From Spirochaetia bacterium (GTDB lineage: Bacteria > Spirochaetota > Spirochaetia > CADAEX01): a stretch of DNA of 64,000 bases. Within the stretch, counting starts at the first letter, position 1, and every line of letters begins with the position of its first letter. Positions 18,725 through 27,315 of the stretch are shown piece after piece. The notes under the pieces were generated by a model, which was not told the origin of the DNA, did no database searches, and was given only the letters and a program-made list of their open reading frames with translations. The stretch spans positions 10,003-74,002 of the forward strand of contig JAKSTW010000003.1 in assembly GCA_024402405.1 (NCBI GenBank), read 5' to 3'. The position numbers and the translations under genes were made by a program.

Positions 18725-19321
18725 ATGGCAAATATCAAACTGACTAAGAACGAGCAGAAAAAGCAGAAGGATGCTCTCAAAAGATATACAAGATATCTTC
18801 CTACACTTATGCTTAAGAAACAGCAGCTCCAGCTGGTTATCAGAGGCCTTGAGGGAACTGTTAAAGAAAAGCAGGAAGAAAGAAAGATGCTTGAAGGCGA
18901 AATCTTTTCATGGGTTGATGTATTCGGTGAGAAAGTTGAGTTTGATAAGCTTGTAAGAATTAAATCTCTTGAAACTGAAGAAGGAAACATTGCGGGAGTT
19001 GATATTCCTGTTTTCAAAGGTATCGAGTTTGAGCAGATCGAGTATGACCTGTTCAAGCAGCCGCTCTGGGTCGATGCTGCGGTCGAGAAAGTTTCCAGAC
19101 TGCTGGCATGTGATGAAGAGCTGAAGATCATTGCAAAACAGCTTGAACTTCTGGAAGTTGAGCTGAGGGTCACATCTCAGAGAGTAAACCTTTTCGAGAA
19201 GGTTAAGATTCCTGAGACAAAGAATAACATCAAAGTTATTGCTGTATATCTTGGTGACCAGCAGACAGCTGCCGTAGTTAGAGGAAAAATATCAAAGAAG
19301 AAACTTGTAAGGGAATCATAA
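18725..19321 (+). CDS. ntpD: V-type ATP synthase subunit D
   Basis: MANIKLTKNEQKKQKDALKRYTRYLPTL.., coiled-coil central stalk protein, conserved operon position. Confidence 0.85.
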   Translation: MANIKLTKNEQKKQKDALKRYTRYLPTLMLKKQQLQLVIRGLEGTVKEKQEERKMLEGEIFSWVDVFGEKVEFDKLVRIKSLETEEGNIAGVDIPVFKGIEFEQIEYDLFKQPLWVDAAVEKVSRLLACDEELKIIAKQLELLEVELRVTSQRVNLFEKVKIPETKNNIKVIAVYLGDQQTAAVVRGKISKKKLVRES

Positions 19322-19322
19322 T

Positions 19323-21116
19323 ATGTCAATAGTAAAAATGAAAAAAGTTTCCCTCGTGGTTCTTGACCGTGAAAGGGAAGAATCTTTGACAAAGCTGAGA
19401 GAGCTGGGTCTTGTTCATATTGAGCGTATTTACGCCGGCAGCGACAAGCTTGCTGCATTGAACGACCAGAAAGCAGTTTTCGAGCGCTGTTCTTTAATTC
19501 TTCCTCAGGGTATTGCTGGGGATAAGAAAAAGAAGGGTGATCTGAAGACAGCAAAAGCTCTTGCTGCTGATATCATCGCTCTCGGTGACAAGCTGAAGGC
19601 TCTCACTGATGAGAAGGAGAAATATCTCAAAGATGCTAAAAGCCTTGAACCTTGGGGTGATTTCAAACCAGCAGATGTTGCTTTCCTCAAAGACAAAGGG
19701 GTTGATTTTAAGTTTTACGAGCTTTCAAAAGAAAAGCTGGACGAAATTGCTGATAAGTCAGACTATTTCGTAGTAAATACAATAAAAAATAAAAGTTATG
19801 TAGTCGTAACTGGCGCTACAGGCAAGGAATTCCCTGCCGAAGAGCCTGTCCATCTTCCTGAATTCGGAATCACAGAGTGCAATGCCAAGGCAGCTGCACT
19901 TGACGGTGAGATCTCCAAAGTTCAGAAAGAACTGGAGAAACTTGCGGCTGACAGAAATGTTCTTGCAGATGGTCTCAAGGAACTGGATAAGGAAATTGAG
20001 TTTGAGTCTGTAAGTGCAGATATGCAGGTCGAAGGTGACCTTGCATATATTGATGGATATGTTCCAGTGGATAAGGCTGCTGAGCTTAAGGCTGCGGCTG
20101 CAAAAGAGCATTGGGCACTTCTCATTGACGATCCGTCTGAGGAAGATGCTCCTCCAAGCTTGATCAGAAACCCTAAATGGGTGGAAAGGATCCAGCCTCT
20201 TTTCAAGTTCCTGGATATTACTCCTGGATACCGTGAAGCAGATATCAGTATGTGGTTCCTGATGTTCTTCACTCTGTATGTTGCAATGATCGTAGGTGAT
20301 GCAGGATATGGATGTATCTTCTTTATCCTTACACTTCTGATCTGCAAGAAGGCTCCAAAGCCTGTTGTCTCCCTGCTGTTGACCCTGAGTTTGGGTACGA
20401 TAGTCTGGGGTACGCTGACGGGAACCTGGTTCGGTTCAGAGACAATTGTAAAGAATACATTCCTTGGAAAACTGGTCATCCCACAGATCGCCAGCTTTGC
20501 ACAGGAAGGAATCGACACCAACTACTATATACAGAATCTGTGCTTCTTCATCGGTATTACCCAGCTTCTCCTGGGTCTGATCATCAGCTTCATCAGAAAG
20601 ATGCCTTCACTGGCAGCTTGGACAGATGTGGGCTGGATGCTGGTTGTTGTGGCTTCTTACTTCGTTGCCCAGAAGTTCGTTCTCGGTGCAGCTTCATTCA
20701 ATCCTATCACATGGCCTCTGGCTGCGGCAGGATTCGTGATCGTCTGCCTCTGTTCTGAACAGAATGGAAACGTTGTAAAAGGTATCTGCATGGGACTTGC
20801 ATGGTCTCCGATGAAGATACTTGATACAGTAAGTATGTTTGCCAACCTGGTATCATACATCAGACTTTTCGCTGTTGGTCTTGCTACAGTAGCTGTTGCC
20901 ACATCATTCAATGGTATGGCTGCAGGAATGGCAGAATCAATGGGAGTTGTAGGAATTATTATCGGTGCGGTCATCCTGTTTATTGCACACGCCTTTAACA
21001 TGGTGCTGGCACTTCTTTCAATCATCGTTCATGGTGTTCGTCTGAATACCCTGGAGTTTGGTGGAAGAGTAGGATTGGAATGGAGCGGTTATAGATACGC
21101 CCCATTTAAAAAATGA
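19323..21116 (+). CDS. ntpI: V-type ATP synthase subunit I (a-subunit)
   Basis: 597 aa; soluble coiled-coil N-half plus a multi-TM C-half containing SYIRLFAVGLA (conserved Arg helix). Confidence 0.9.
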   Translation: MSIVKMKKVSLVVLDREREESLTKLRELGLVHIERIYAGSDKLAALNDQKAVFERCSLILPQGIAGDKKKKGDLKTAKALAADIIALGDKLKALTDEKEKYLKDAKSLEPWGDFKPADVAFLKDKGVDFKFYELSKEKLDEIADKSDYFVVNTIKNKSYVVVTGATGKEFPAEEPVHLPEFGITECNAKAAALDGEISKVQKELEKLAADRNVLADGLKELDKEIEFESVSADMQVEGDLAYIDGYVPVDKAAELKAAAAKEHWALLIDDPSEEDAPPSLIRNPKWVERIQPLFKFLDITPGYREADISMWFLMFFTLYVAMIVGDAGYGCIFFILTLLICKKAPKPVVSLLLTLSLGTIVWGTLTGTWFGSETIVKNTFLGKLVIPQIASFAQEGIDTNYYIQNLCFFIGITQLLLGLIISFIRKMPSLAAWTDVGWMLVVVASYFVAQKFVLGAASFNPITWPLAAAGFVIVCLCSEQNGNVVKGICMGLAWSPMKILDTVSMFANLVSYIRLFAVGLATVAVATSFNGMAAGMAESMGVVGIIIGAVILFIAHAFNMVLALLSIIVHGVRLNTLEFGGRVGLEWSGYRYAPFKK

Positions 21117-21158
21117 TTTATAACCTGACACTGTATGTGCCGGGGTATTAAATATAAA

Positions 21159-21174
21159 TTGTCCCGAGGGACAA
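21159..21174 (+). promoter_or_regulatory. intercistronic stem-loop between ntpI and ntpK
   Basis: TTGTCCC-GA-GGGACAA in the 83-nt gap, with no U-tract. Possibly an mRNA processing or stability element. Confidence 0.25.
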
Positions 21175-21199
21175 AAGAGAAATTTTAAGGAGATAATAT

Positions 21200-21628
21200 A
21201 TGATGGGATTGATGGGAATTGGAGCAGCTTTCGCTCTTGCAGCAGCAGGTTCTGCAATTGGTATTGGTAAGGCAGGTATGTCTGCAATTGGTGCATGGAA
21301 AAAATGTTACGCACAGAATAAGCCAGCACCTTTCCTTCTGCTCACATTTGTCGGTGCACCTTTTACACAGACAATTTACGGAATGATTCTTATGAACGCT
21401 CTTAAGGGAGCTGCTGGTACAGCTGATCCTGGCCTTATTCTTGGTGCAGGTCTTTTCGGTGGTATCGGTATCGGACTTTCAGCTTGGTTCCAGGGTGCTG
21501 CAGCTGCAGCAGCTGCTGATGCTCAGGTAAGCACAGGAAAAGGTTTCAGTAACTACCTCATCGTTCTTGGTCTTATCGAGTCTGTAGCCCTCTTCGTAAT
21601 GGTATTCGTAATGGGTATCGTAGGCTGA
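21200..21628 (+). CDS. ntpK: V-type ATP synthase proteolipid subunit K (4-TM c-subunit)
   Basis: 142 aa, Gly/Ala-rich with four TM helices. PFTQTIYG, WFQGAAA and LIESVAL align by eye with the Na+-ligand positions of Enterococcus hirae NtpK. Confidence 0.9.
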   Translation: MMGLMGIGAAFALAAAGSAIGIGKAGMSAIGAWKKCYAQNKPAPFLLLTFVGAPFTQTIYGMILMNALKGAAGTADPGLILGAGLFGGIGIGLSAWFQGAAAAAAADAQVSTGKGFSNYLIVLGLIESVALFVMVFVMGIVG

Positions 21629-21649
21629 TCTAACAGTCTTTGATCTTAA

Positions 21650-21676
21650 GGCGGTCAGAAATGACCGCCTTTTTTA
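21650..21676. terminator. rho-independent terminator (V-ATPase operon; shared with the convergent crp/fnr gene)
   Basis: GGCGGTCA-GAAA-TGACCGCC followed by TTTTTTA. Confidence 0.8.
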
Positions 21677-21683
21677 TTGTCTG

Positions 21684-22337
21684 CTATTTTATCCGGAATA
21701 TATTCCTATGATAGTCGATCATTCCTTCTTTCTTCATTCTGCCAAGTTCTTTTGAAAGTGCACTTCTCTCTACATTGAGATAATCAGCCATCTGCTGCCG
21801 GTTCAGAGGTATGATCAGTTCATGTGTTCCCTGTTCAGATATTTCTCTGGTAAAATATGTCAGGATTCTGCCTCGTATGGTTTTTGCGGAAGTTTCTGTT
21901 ATTTTCTGTGATAGTCCTATATTTTTCTCTGCACTTATTTCAAGGAGATTTTTCATGATCTGTATATGACACTGGCATGGAAGTTCACATATTCTGAATA
22001 TTTTCTCCATATCCAGATGCAGTATGCAGCAATCTTCTATGGCGATGATGTCCACCATCATAGGTTTGTTCCTGAGTGTGGCATAAGCCAGACTGAAGAT
22101 CTCTCCTGGATGCATAAGAAGAAGGATATTGTTATTCCCCATTATATCCACGTTTACGCTCTGGACTCTTCCGGAAAGGATCAGCCCTATGTCTTTTATT
22201 ATACTGCCCTGATGGTATATTATTTCTCCTTTTTTATATTTTTTCTCCTGTATGCACAGGCAGGAGAACATTTTCTCCAGATCTGATCTTCTGATTCCTT
22301 TGAAAAGGCTGGTGCTGGCAATGAATTCCATATCCAT
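21684..22337 (-). CDS. Crp/Fnr-family transcriptional regulator
   Basis: cNMP-binding-like beta-barrel plus a C-terminal HTH (RQQMADYLNVERSALSKELGRM), 217 aa. Divergent from the flavodiiron gene. Confidence 0.8.
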   Translation of the reverse strand: MDMEFIASTSLFKGIRRSDLEKMFSCLCIQEKKYKKGEIIYHQGSIIKDIGLILSGRVQSVNVDIMGNNNILLLMHPGEIFSLAYATLRNKPMMVDIIAIEDCCILHLDMEKIFRICELPCQCHIQIMKNLLEISAEKNIGLSQKITETSAKTIRGRILTYFTREISEQGTHELIIPLNRQQMADYLNVERSALSKELGRMKKEGMIDYHRNIFRIK

Positions 22338-22360
22338 GATATGCTCCTGAATATCAGTGT

Positions 22361-22380
22361 AATGTGGTTAAAACAACATT
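22361..22380. promoter_or_regulatory. imperfect 20-bp palindrome, candidate Crp/Fnr-type operator
   Basis: AATGTGGTTA/AAACAACATT matches 8 of 10 between half-sites and contains TGTGG-N6-CAACA. It lies in the 109-bp divergent intergenic region. Confidence 0.3.
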
Positions 22381-22446
22381 TTGTTTTTTCTAAAAGTATT
22401 ATTATCATATATATAGAAAAATAAATAATCATTATGGAGAGAGAAT

Positions 22447-24237
22447 ATGAAAGTTACTGATGATATTATTTATGTTGGCGTCAATGATCATAAGATCGAT
22501 CTTTTTGAAGGTCAGTATATCGTTCCTAACGGGATGGCCTATAATTCTTATCTGATCATGGATCAGAAGATTGCTGTCATGGATACAGTTGACAGAAATT
22601 TTACCCACGAATGGCTGGATAATCTGGCATCCGCACTGAATGGCAGAAGACCTGATTATCTTGTGGTGCAGCATATGGAGCCTGACCATTCTGCCAATAT
22701 CGCAAATTTCGTGAAGATGTATCCTGATGCAAAGATAGTGTCATCCGCCAAGGCTTTTGCCATGATGAAAAATTTCTTCGGAACTGATTTTTCTGAGAAG
22801 CAGATCGTGGTAGGAGAGGGCAGCACGCTGGAACTGGGAACTCATACTCTCACTTTTGTTACTGCTCCTATGGTGCACTGGCCTGAAGTTATTGTCACTT
22901 ATGATTCCAAGGACAAGGTTCTTTTCTCAGCAGATGGTTTCGGAAAGTTCGGTGCCCTGGATGTGGATGAAGAGTGGGCATGTGAAGCCAGAAGATATTA
23001 TATAGGAATAGTTGGCAAATATGGTGCACAGGTTCAGGCATTGCTGAAGAAGGCCGCAGGTCTGGATATCCGGAAGATATGTCCTCTCCATGGTCCTGTA
23101 CTCAGTGAGAATCTTGGATATTACCTTAATCTTTACAATACCTGGTCATCGTATGGCGTTGAGAGTGACGGAATAGTGATCGCATATACTTCTGTCTATG
23201 GAAATACCAGAAAAGCTGTGGAACTTCTGGCTGAAAAACTGAGAGCAAAAGGATGTCCTAAAGTCGTGGTCAATGATCTGGCCAGATGTGATATGGCTGA
23301 GGCTGTTGAGGATGCGTTCCGTTATGGACGGATAGTTCTGGCGACAACCACTTACAATGCTGATATCTTCCCTTTCATGAAAGAGTTCATCCATCATCTG
23401 ACTGAAAGAAATTTCCAGAACCGTACTGTTGCCTTTATGGAAAACGGTTCCTGGGCGCCTCTGGCAGCAAAGGTTATGAAGACCATGATGGATGGATGCA
23501 AGAACATCACCTATGCGGATAATACTGTGAAGATCAGATCTGCCATGAATGATGAGAACAAGATTCAGATTGAAGCACTGGCTGACGAGCTCTGCAAGGA
23601 TTATCTGGCACGCTCACTTGAGACAGCAAATAAGAATGATATGACGGCACTGTTCAAGATCGGCTATGGTCTCTATGTTGTGACTTCCAATGACGGAAAG
23701 AAGGACAACGGACTGATCGTGAATACAGTATCCCAGGTGACAAACTCCCCTGACAGGATCGCAGTATGTATCAACAAGCAGAATTACTCACACCATGTCA
23801 TCAGGCAGACAGGAATCATGAATATCAATATCCTTTCTGTTGAGGCTCCGTTCAAAGTGTTCCAGACTTTCGGATTCCAGAGCGGACGCGCTGTGGATAA
23901 ATTTGCAGACTGCAAGCCTATGCGTTCAGACAACGGACTGGTGTTCCTGCCTAAGTACATCAACTCGTTCATGTCCCTGAAGGTGGAGCAGTATGTGGAT
24001 CTGAAGACTCATGGAATGTTCATCTGTTCTGTAACCGAGGCCAGAGTCATGTCCACCAAGGAAACGATGACATATTCCTACTACCAGAATAATGTGAAGC
24101 CTAAGCCACAGGTTGATGGAAAGAAGGGCTGGGTCTGCAAGATATGCGGATATATTTATGAAGGTGATGAGCTTCCTGATGATTTTATCTGTCCTCTGTG
24201 CAAGCATGGTGCTGCTGATTTTGAGAAGATACAGTGA
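22447..24237 (+). CDS. multidomain flavodiiron protein (metallo-beta-lactamase-like, flavodoxin-like, flavin-reductase-like, rubredoxin)
   Basis: HMEPDHS di-iron motif, a flavodoxin-like middle region (VIAYTSVYGNTRK), a flavin-reductase-like segment (LYVVTSNDGKKDNGLIVNTVSQV) and a C-terminal rubredoxin (WVCKICGYIYEG..CPLCKHG). Confidence 0.8.
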   Translation: MKVTDDIIYVGVNDHKIDLFEGQYIVPNGMAYNSYLIMDQKIAVMDTVDRNFTHEWLDNLASALNGRRPDYLVVQHMEPDHSANIANFVKMYPDAKIVSSAKAFAMMKNFFGTDFSEKQIVVGEGSTLELGTHTLTFVTAPMVHWPEVIVTYDSKDKVLFSADGFGKFGALDVDEEWACEARRYYIGIVGKYGAQVQALLKKAAGLDIRKICPLHGPVLSENLGYYLNLYNTWSSYGVESDGIVIAYTSVYGNTRKAVELLAEKLRAKGCPKVVVNDLARCDMAEAVEDAFRYGRIVLATTTYNADIFPFMKEFIHHLTERNFQNRTVAFMENGSWAPLAAKVMKTMMDGCKNITYADNTVKIRSAMNDENKIQIEALADELCKDYLARSLETANKNDMTALFKIGYGLYVVTSNDGKKDNGLIVNTVSQVTNSPDRIAVCINKQNYSHHVIRQTGIMNINILSVEAPFKVFQTFGFQSGRAVDKFADCKPMRSDNGLVFLPKYINSFMSLKVEQYVDLKTHGMFICSVTEARVMSTKETMTYSYYQNNVKPKPQVDGKKGWVCKICGYIYEGDELPDDFICPLCKHGAADFEKIQ

Positions 24238-24256
24238 TATTTAGATAGGCAGATTA

Positions 24257-24292
24257 AAGGCAGTCATATGATCCATGTGGCTGCCTTTTTTA
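24257..24292 (+). terminator. rho-independent terminator after the flavodiiron gene
   Basis: AAGGCAGTCA..TGTGGCTGCCTT stem followed by TTTTT. Confidence 0.65.
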
Positions 24293-24348
24293 TTTAGCCG
24301 TAAGGTGCTTATGTTGATTATTGCAGGCATTTTAATTAATATATTTCC

Positions 24349-24411
24349 ATGAAGAAGAAAGTTTTATTATTCCTGAGCATTATGTTTCAGCGTTATTTCA
24401 TGTTCAGATGA
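24349..24411 (+). other. orphaned lipoprotein signal-peptide start (frame +1 relative to the downstream CDS)
   Basis: ATG 24349 encodes MKKKVLLFLSIMF, then goes out of frame to a stop at 24409. The downstream frame, open from 24377, reads ..SVISCSDDSSDDSDD-MTMPTF, a lipobox followed by a Ser/Asp linker. Confidence 0.6.
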
Positions 24412-24433
24412 TTCATCGGATGATTCAGATGAT

Positions 24434-25567
24434 ATGACCATGCCGACTTTCACTGTGGAGGGGGAAAGCCTGAGCCATGAGGATTTTCTGATTGCACCAC
24501 ATTCCGGCAATTACAAGACCGGATGGCTTATAGTCATTGATTACCAGGGAAATCTTAAATATTCCAAGAAGCTTCCCGGATATGCCTATTCTTTCAAGAA
24601 ATTTCAATATAAGGATGGTACTGTGCGGTATGCCTACCAGCAGGTCGATGGCATAATGGCTGGAACCAATGGATTTTATGACGATACCCATCTGGTGCTT
24701 ATGAATGATTGTTTCGATGTTATTGACGATCATATCGCTCTTCTGAAATCTAATCTGATACCCTATGATAACTATCCGTGTGAGAATCATGACTATGAAG
24801 TTCTTGGCGATGATCATTTCATACTTACTGCAGCTGTACCTATAACTCTTACTAATATTCCTGGATATGAGGGAATCGAGGTCAATATTTTTGACAATGT
24901 GATACAGGAGCAGAAGGATGGAAAGGTTATCTGGGAATATTCCTCCGCATTGAATTCACCTGAGCTGTTTGCCAGCACCCTGTATTTCTCTGCAAATTCA
25001 GCAGACAGCATTGATTATTCAGCTCCACCTCGGAATGGCTCAAGTCATATGGATTATGCTCATATTAATGCTGTGACTTTTGCTGATGACGGTGATTTTT
25101 ATATCAGCTTCAGGAATATCGGTCTGATCCGTCTGGATCATGATACAAAAAAAGTTGAGTGGCTTATGAGCCGGAATCATAATGATTTCACTGGCATTGA
25201 AAAAGGTGATATCGGGTTGTTCCAGCATGATCTCCGTGTCAATGATGATGGTTCTATCACTATTTTTGACAACTCAGGCTGCGGTACTAATAACACAAGG
25301 ATCTGCCGTTACTGGCTTGATGAGCAGAACAGAAAAGTGACTGACAAAAAATTTTATATTTCAGAAGTAAAAAAGTCACCGTTTATGGGAAGTGCCATGC
25401 TTCTGGATGAGGATTCTCAGACTTTCCTGATTGCGTATGGTGGGAATATTTCTGATCCTGCCTTCGAGGAATATTCATTCCGGGACAGAAAACAGACAAT
25501 GCGTTTCGTTTTTGATAAAGGATATGATCTGTATCAGATAACCCATGAGACTATAAAAGTCAAATGA
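24434..25567 (+). CDS. arylsulfotransferase (ASST)-like beta-propeller protein; probably a frameshifted lipoprotein gene
   Basis: HMDYAHINAV and FQHDLRVNDDGSITIFDN resemble ASST-family blocks. The first ATG in frame is 24434, but the lipobox is encoded upstream in the same frame and the signal peptide in another frame. Confidence 0.5.
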   Translation: MTMPTFTVEGESLSHEDFLIAPHSGNYKTGWLIVIDYQGNLKYSKKLPGYAYSFKKFQYKDGTVRYAYQQVDGIMAGTNGFYDDTHLVLMNDCFDVIDDHIALLKSNLIPYDNYPCENHDYEVLGDDHFILTAAVPITLTNIPGYEGIEVNIFDNVIQEQKDGKVIWEYSSALNSPELFASTLYFSANSADSIDYSAPPRNGSSHMDYAHINAVTFADDGDFYISFRNIGLIRLDHDTKKVEWLMSRNHNDFTGIEKGDIGLFQHDLRVNDDGSITIFDNSGCGTNNTRICRYWLDEQNRKVTDKKFYISEVKKSPFMGSAMLLDEDSQTFLIAYGGNISDPAFEEYSFRDRKQTMRFVFDKGYDLYQITHETIKVK

Positions 25568-25595
25568 CTGTTATTCCTGAAATATAGACCTGACT

Positions 25596-26261
25596 TCACC
25601 GGTTCTTCATTGCCAGCTCTGCTTCACTTGGTCTGATGTAGATCGGACCTGAGTTCTCGGCGTCGGTTTTTCCTTCTGAGAAAAGCTTTTCACCAAGACG
25701 CAGACAGCTGAGGATACGGCAGTTACAGTATTCTGGGTCGACAGTCAGGTTGGTCCTGTCTCTGTATATTTCTGCTATGGCAGATGCAAATGCTCCGGTC
25801 AGCAGCACCCTATTGTATCTGCTGAAAATATCTCCCAGGTCTGCCTTCAGTATGTCCAGATATTCAGAAGTGCGCACTCCCTTCTCATATACAGCTGCAA
25901 ATGCCTTGCCGCTCTTTGCATCCAGCAGCGGTATCACAGCTCCGTCAAACCAGCTGTAGGCTTCTGCCAGAATATCCAGGGTAGGGACAGAGATCATGGG
26001 TTTATCCAGACCAGCTGACAGTCCCTTTGCTATGGACATTCCTATTCTGAGTCCGGTGAAGGAACCTGGACCTTTTGCACATACTATGAGATCTGTAGTG
26101 TTTTTGTTGATGCCTGAAGTTTTGTACAGATGATCGATCTCTGTCAGCAGCACTTCAGAGTGTCTGAGTCCTGCCTTCGCTGTATATGTGAAATATTTGT
26201 CATCAGATCTCAGACAGATCCCAAGGATTTCTGTACTGGTGTCAAAAGCCAATGTTGTCAT
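25596..26261 (-). CDS. tsaB: tRNA t6A37 biosynthesis protein TsaB
   Basis: MTTLAFDTSTEILGICL.., GPGSFTGLRIG, 221 aa. 4-nt overlap with tsaE. Confidence 0.85.
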   Translation of the reverse strand: MTTLAFDTSTEILGICLRSDDKYFTYTAKAGLRHSEVLLTEIDHLYKTSGINKNTTDLIVCAKGPGSFTGLRIGMSIAKGLSAGLDKPMISVPTLDILAEAYSWFDGAVIPLLDAKSGKAFAAVYEKGVRTSEYLDILKADLGDIFSRYNRVLLTGAFASAIAEIYRDRTNLTVDPEYCNCRILSCLRLGEKLFSEGKTDAENSGPIYIRPSEAELAMKNR

Positions 26262-26701
26262 AATTCTATTCCCTCTATTTCTATTTCCCTTTCTTCAGGT
26301 GTTATTACTCTGATGCTTATGGTGATTATATTCTCCGGAAGACTTTCCCTTATGTTTTCGCTCCATTCGATTACACAGACACCGCCTGCGAAAAGCAGTT
26401 CCTTGCCTCCAGTCATCTCGAACTCATCGTCGGTGGAGATCCTGTACATATCCATGTGATACAGCGGCAGGCGTCCCTCATATTCACATATGATGGTGAA
26501 TGTAGGACTTTTTATTATACCGGTGATTCCCAGACCTCTGGCCAGTCCTCTGGTCAGCACAGTCTTTCCGGCACCAAGAACGCCGTTCAGTGCTATTATG
26601 GCATTGGGCTGCAGCTTCTGTGCCAGCATCTGTCCTATGTGTTCAGTCTCTTCAGCATTGTAAGTATGGAATATCAAGTCTTTACCCTCAGAACTAATCA
26701 T
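26258..26701 (-). CDS. tsaE: tRNA t6A37 biosynthesis ATPase TsaE
   Basis: LNGVLGAGKTVLTRGLARGLG Walker A, SPTFTI, HMDMYR, 147 aa. Confidence 0.85.
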   Translation of the reverse strand: MISSEGKDLIFHTYNAEETEHIGQMLAQKLQPNAIIALNGVLGAGKTVLTRGLARGLGITGIIKSPTFTIICEYEGRLPLYHMDMYRISTDDEFEMTGGKELLFAGGVCVIEWSENIRESLPENIITISIRVITPEEREIEIEGIEL

Positions 26702-26716
26702 AGAATAAATATGCTT

Positions 26717-27256
26717 TTAGTCAAGGGACTCCTTTTTTTTTTTTTTCGCATATTTCTGCAGCTCCTCCAGTCCCTCCTGACTCAGCTTGGCGATGGAGGC
26801 TGCCGCATTCCTGATTTCCTGCACATTCTGCCCGTCCAGCGGAGCTTTCAGCAGAGCCACCAGTCTGTCCTCATCATCCTGGGCGAACTTCACAGTCAGT
26901 GACAGAGTCTGCTGTATCTCATCATATTCATCGGCCAGAGATTTCAGCGCTGTGCTGTCATTCTTATCTATGGCCTCTATGATGGCATTGAAATAATTTC
27001 TTACGACAGAATACTGTATGAATTCCAGCTCAAGCCTGGAGAATGCCTCCACATCTATCCTGTTCACATCTTCCAGCTTTATGTTACAGAACTGCTCCAT
27101 GTTATGATTGTCATAATTTGTATTGTCCACTGACAGAGACTCGATGAAAAATCCGTTTCCTTCCATCCAGTTTTTCAGCTTGGTCAGAACATCACTGAGA
27201 TATCTTTCTCCATCAGGTGTGAACTGCACTTCTTTGCCGTTAAGGAAAATCTGCAT
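26717..27256 (-). CDS. hypothetical protein (179 aa) with a Lys-rich C-terminus
   Basis: Intact ORF upstream of tsaE-tsaB on the same strand. No motif recognised. Confidence 0.5.
   Translation of the reverse strand: MQIFLNGKEVQFTPDGERYLSDVLTKLKNWMEGNGFFIESLSVDNTNYDNHNMEQFCNIKLEDVNRIDVEAFSRLELEFIQYSVVRNYFNAIIEAIDKNDSTALKSLADEYDEIQQTLSLTVKFAQDDEDRLVALLKAPLDGQNVQEIRNAAASIAKLSQEGLEELQKYAKKKKKESLD
26733..26746 (-). repeat. A14 homopolymer (T14 on the plus strand) inside the last 10 codons of the 179-aa ORF
   Basis: Counted directly: 14 consecutive T at 26733-26746, encoding KKKK(K). Confidence 0.95.
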
Positions 27257-27315
27257 AAATAACTCCTCTTTCTGAAAATGTCAATTATTGACACCTTTAT
27301 ATAATACAACATATT

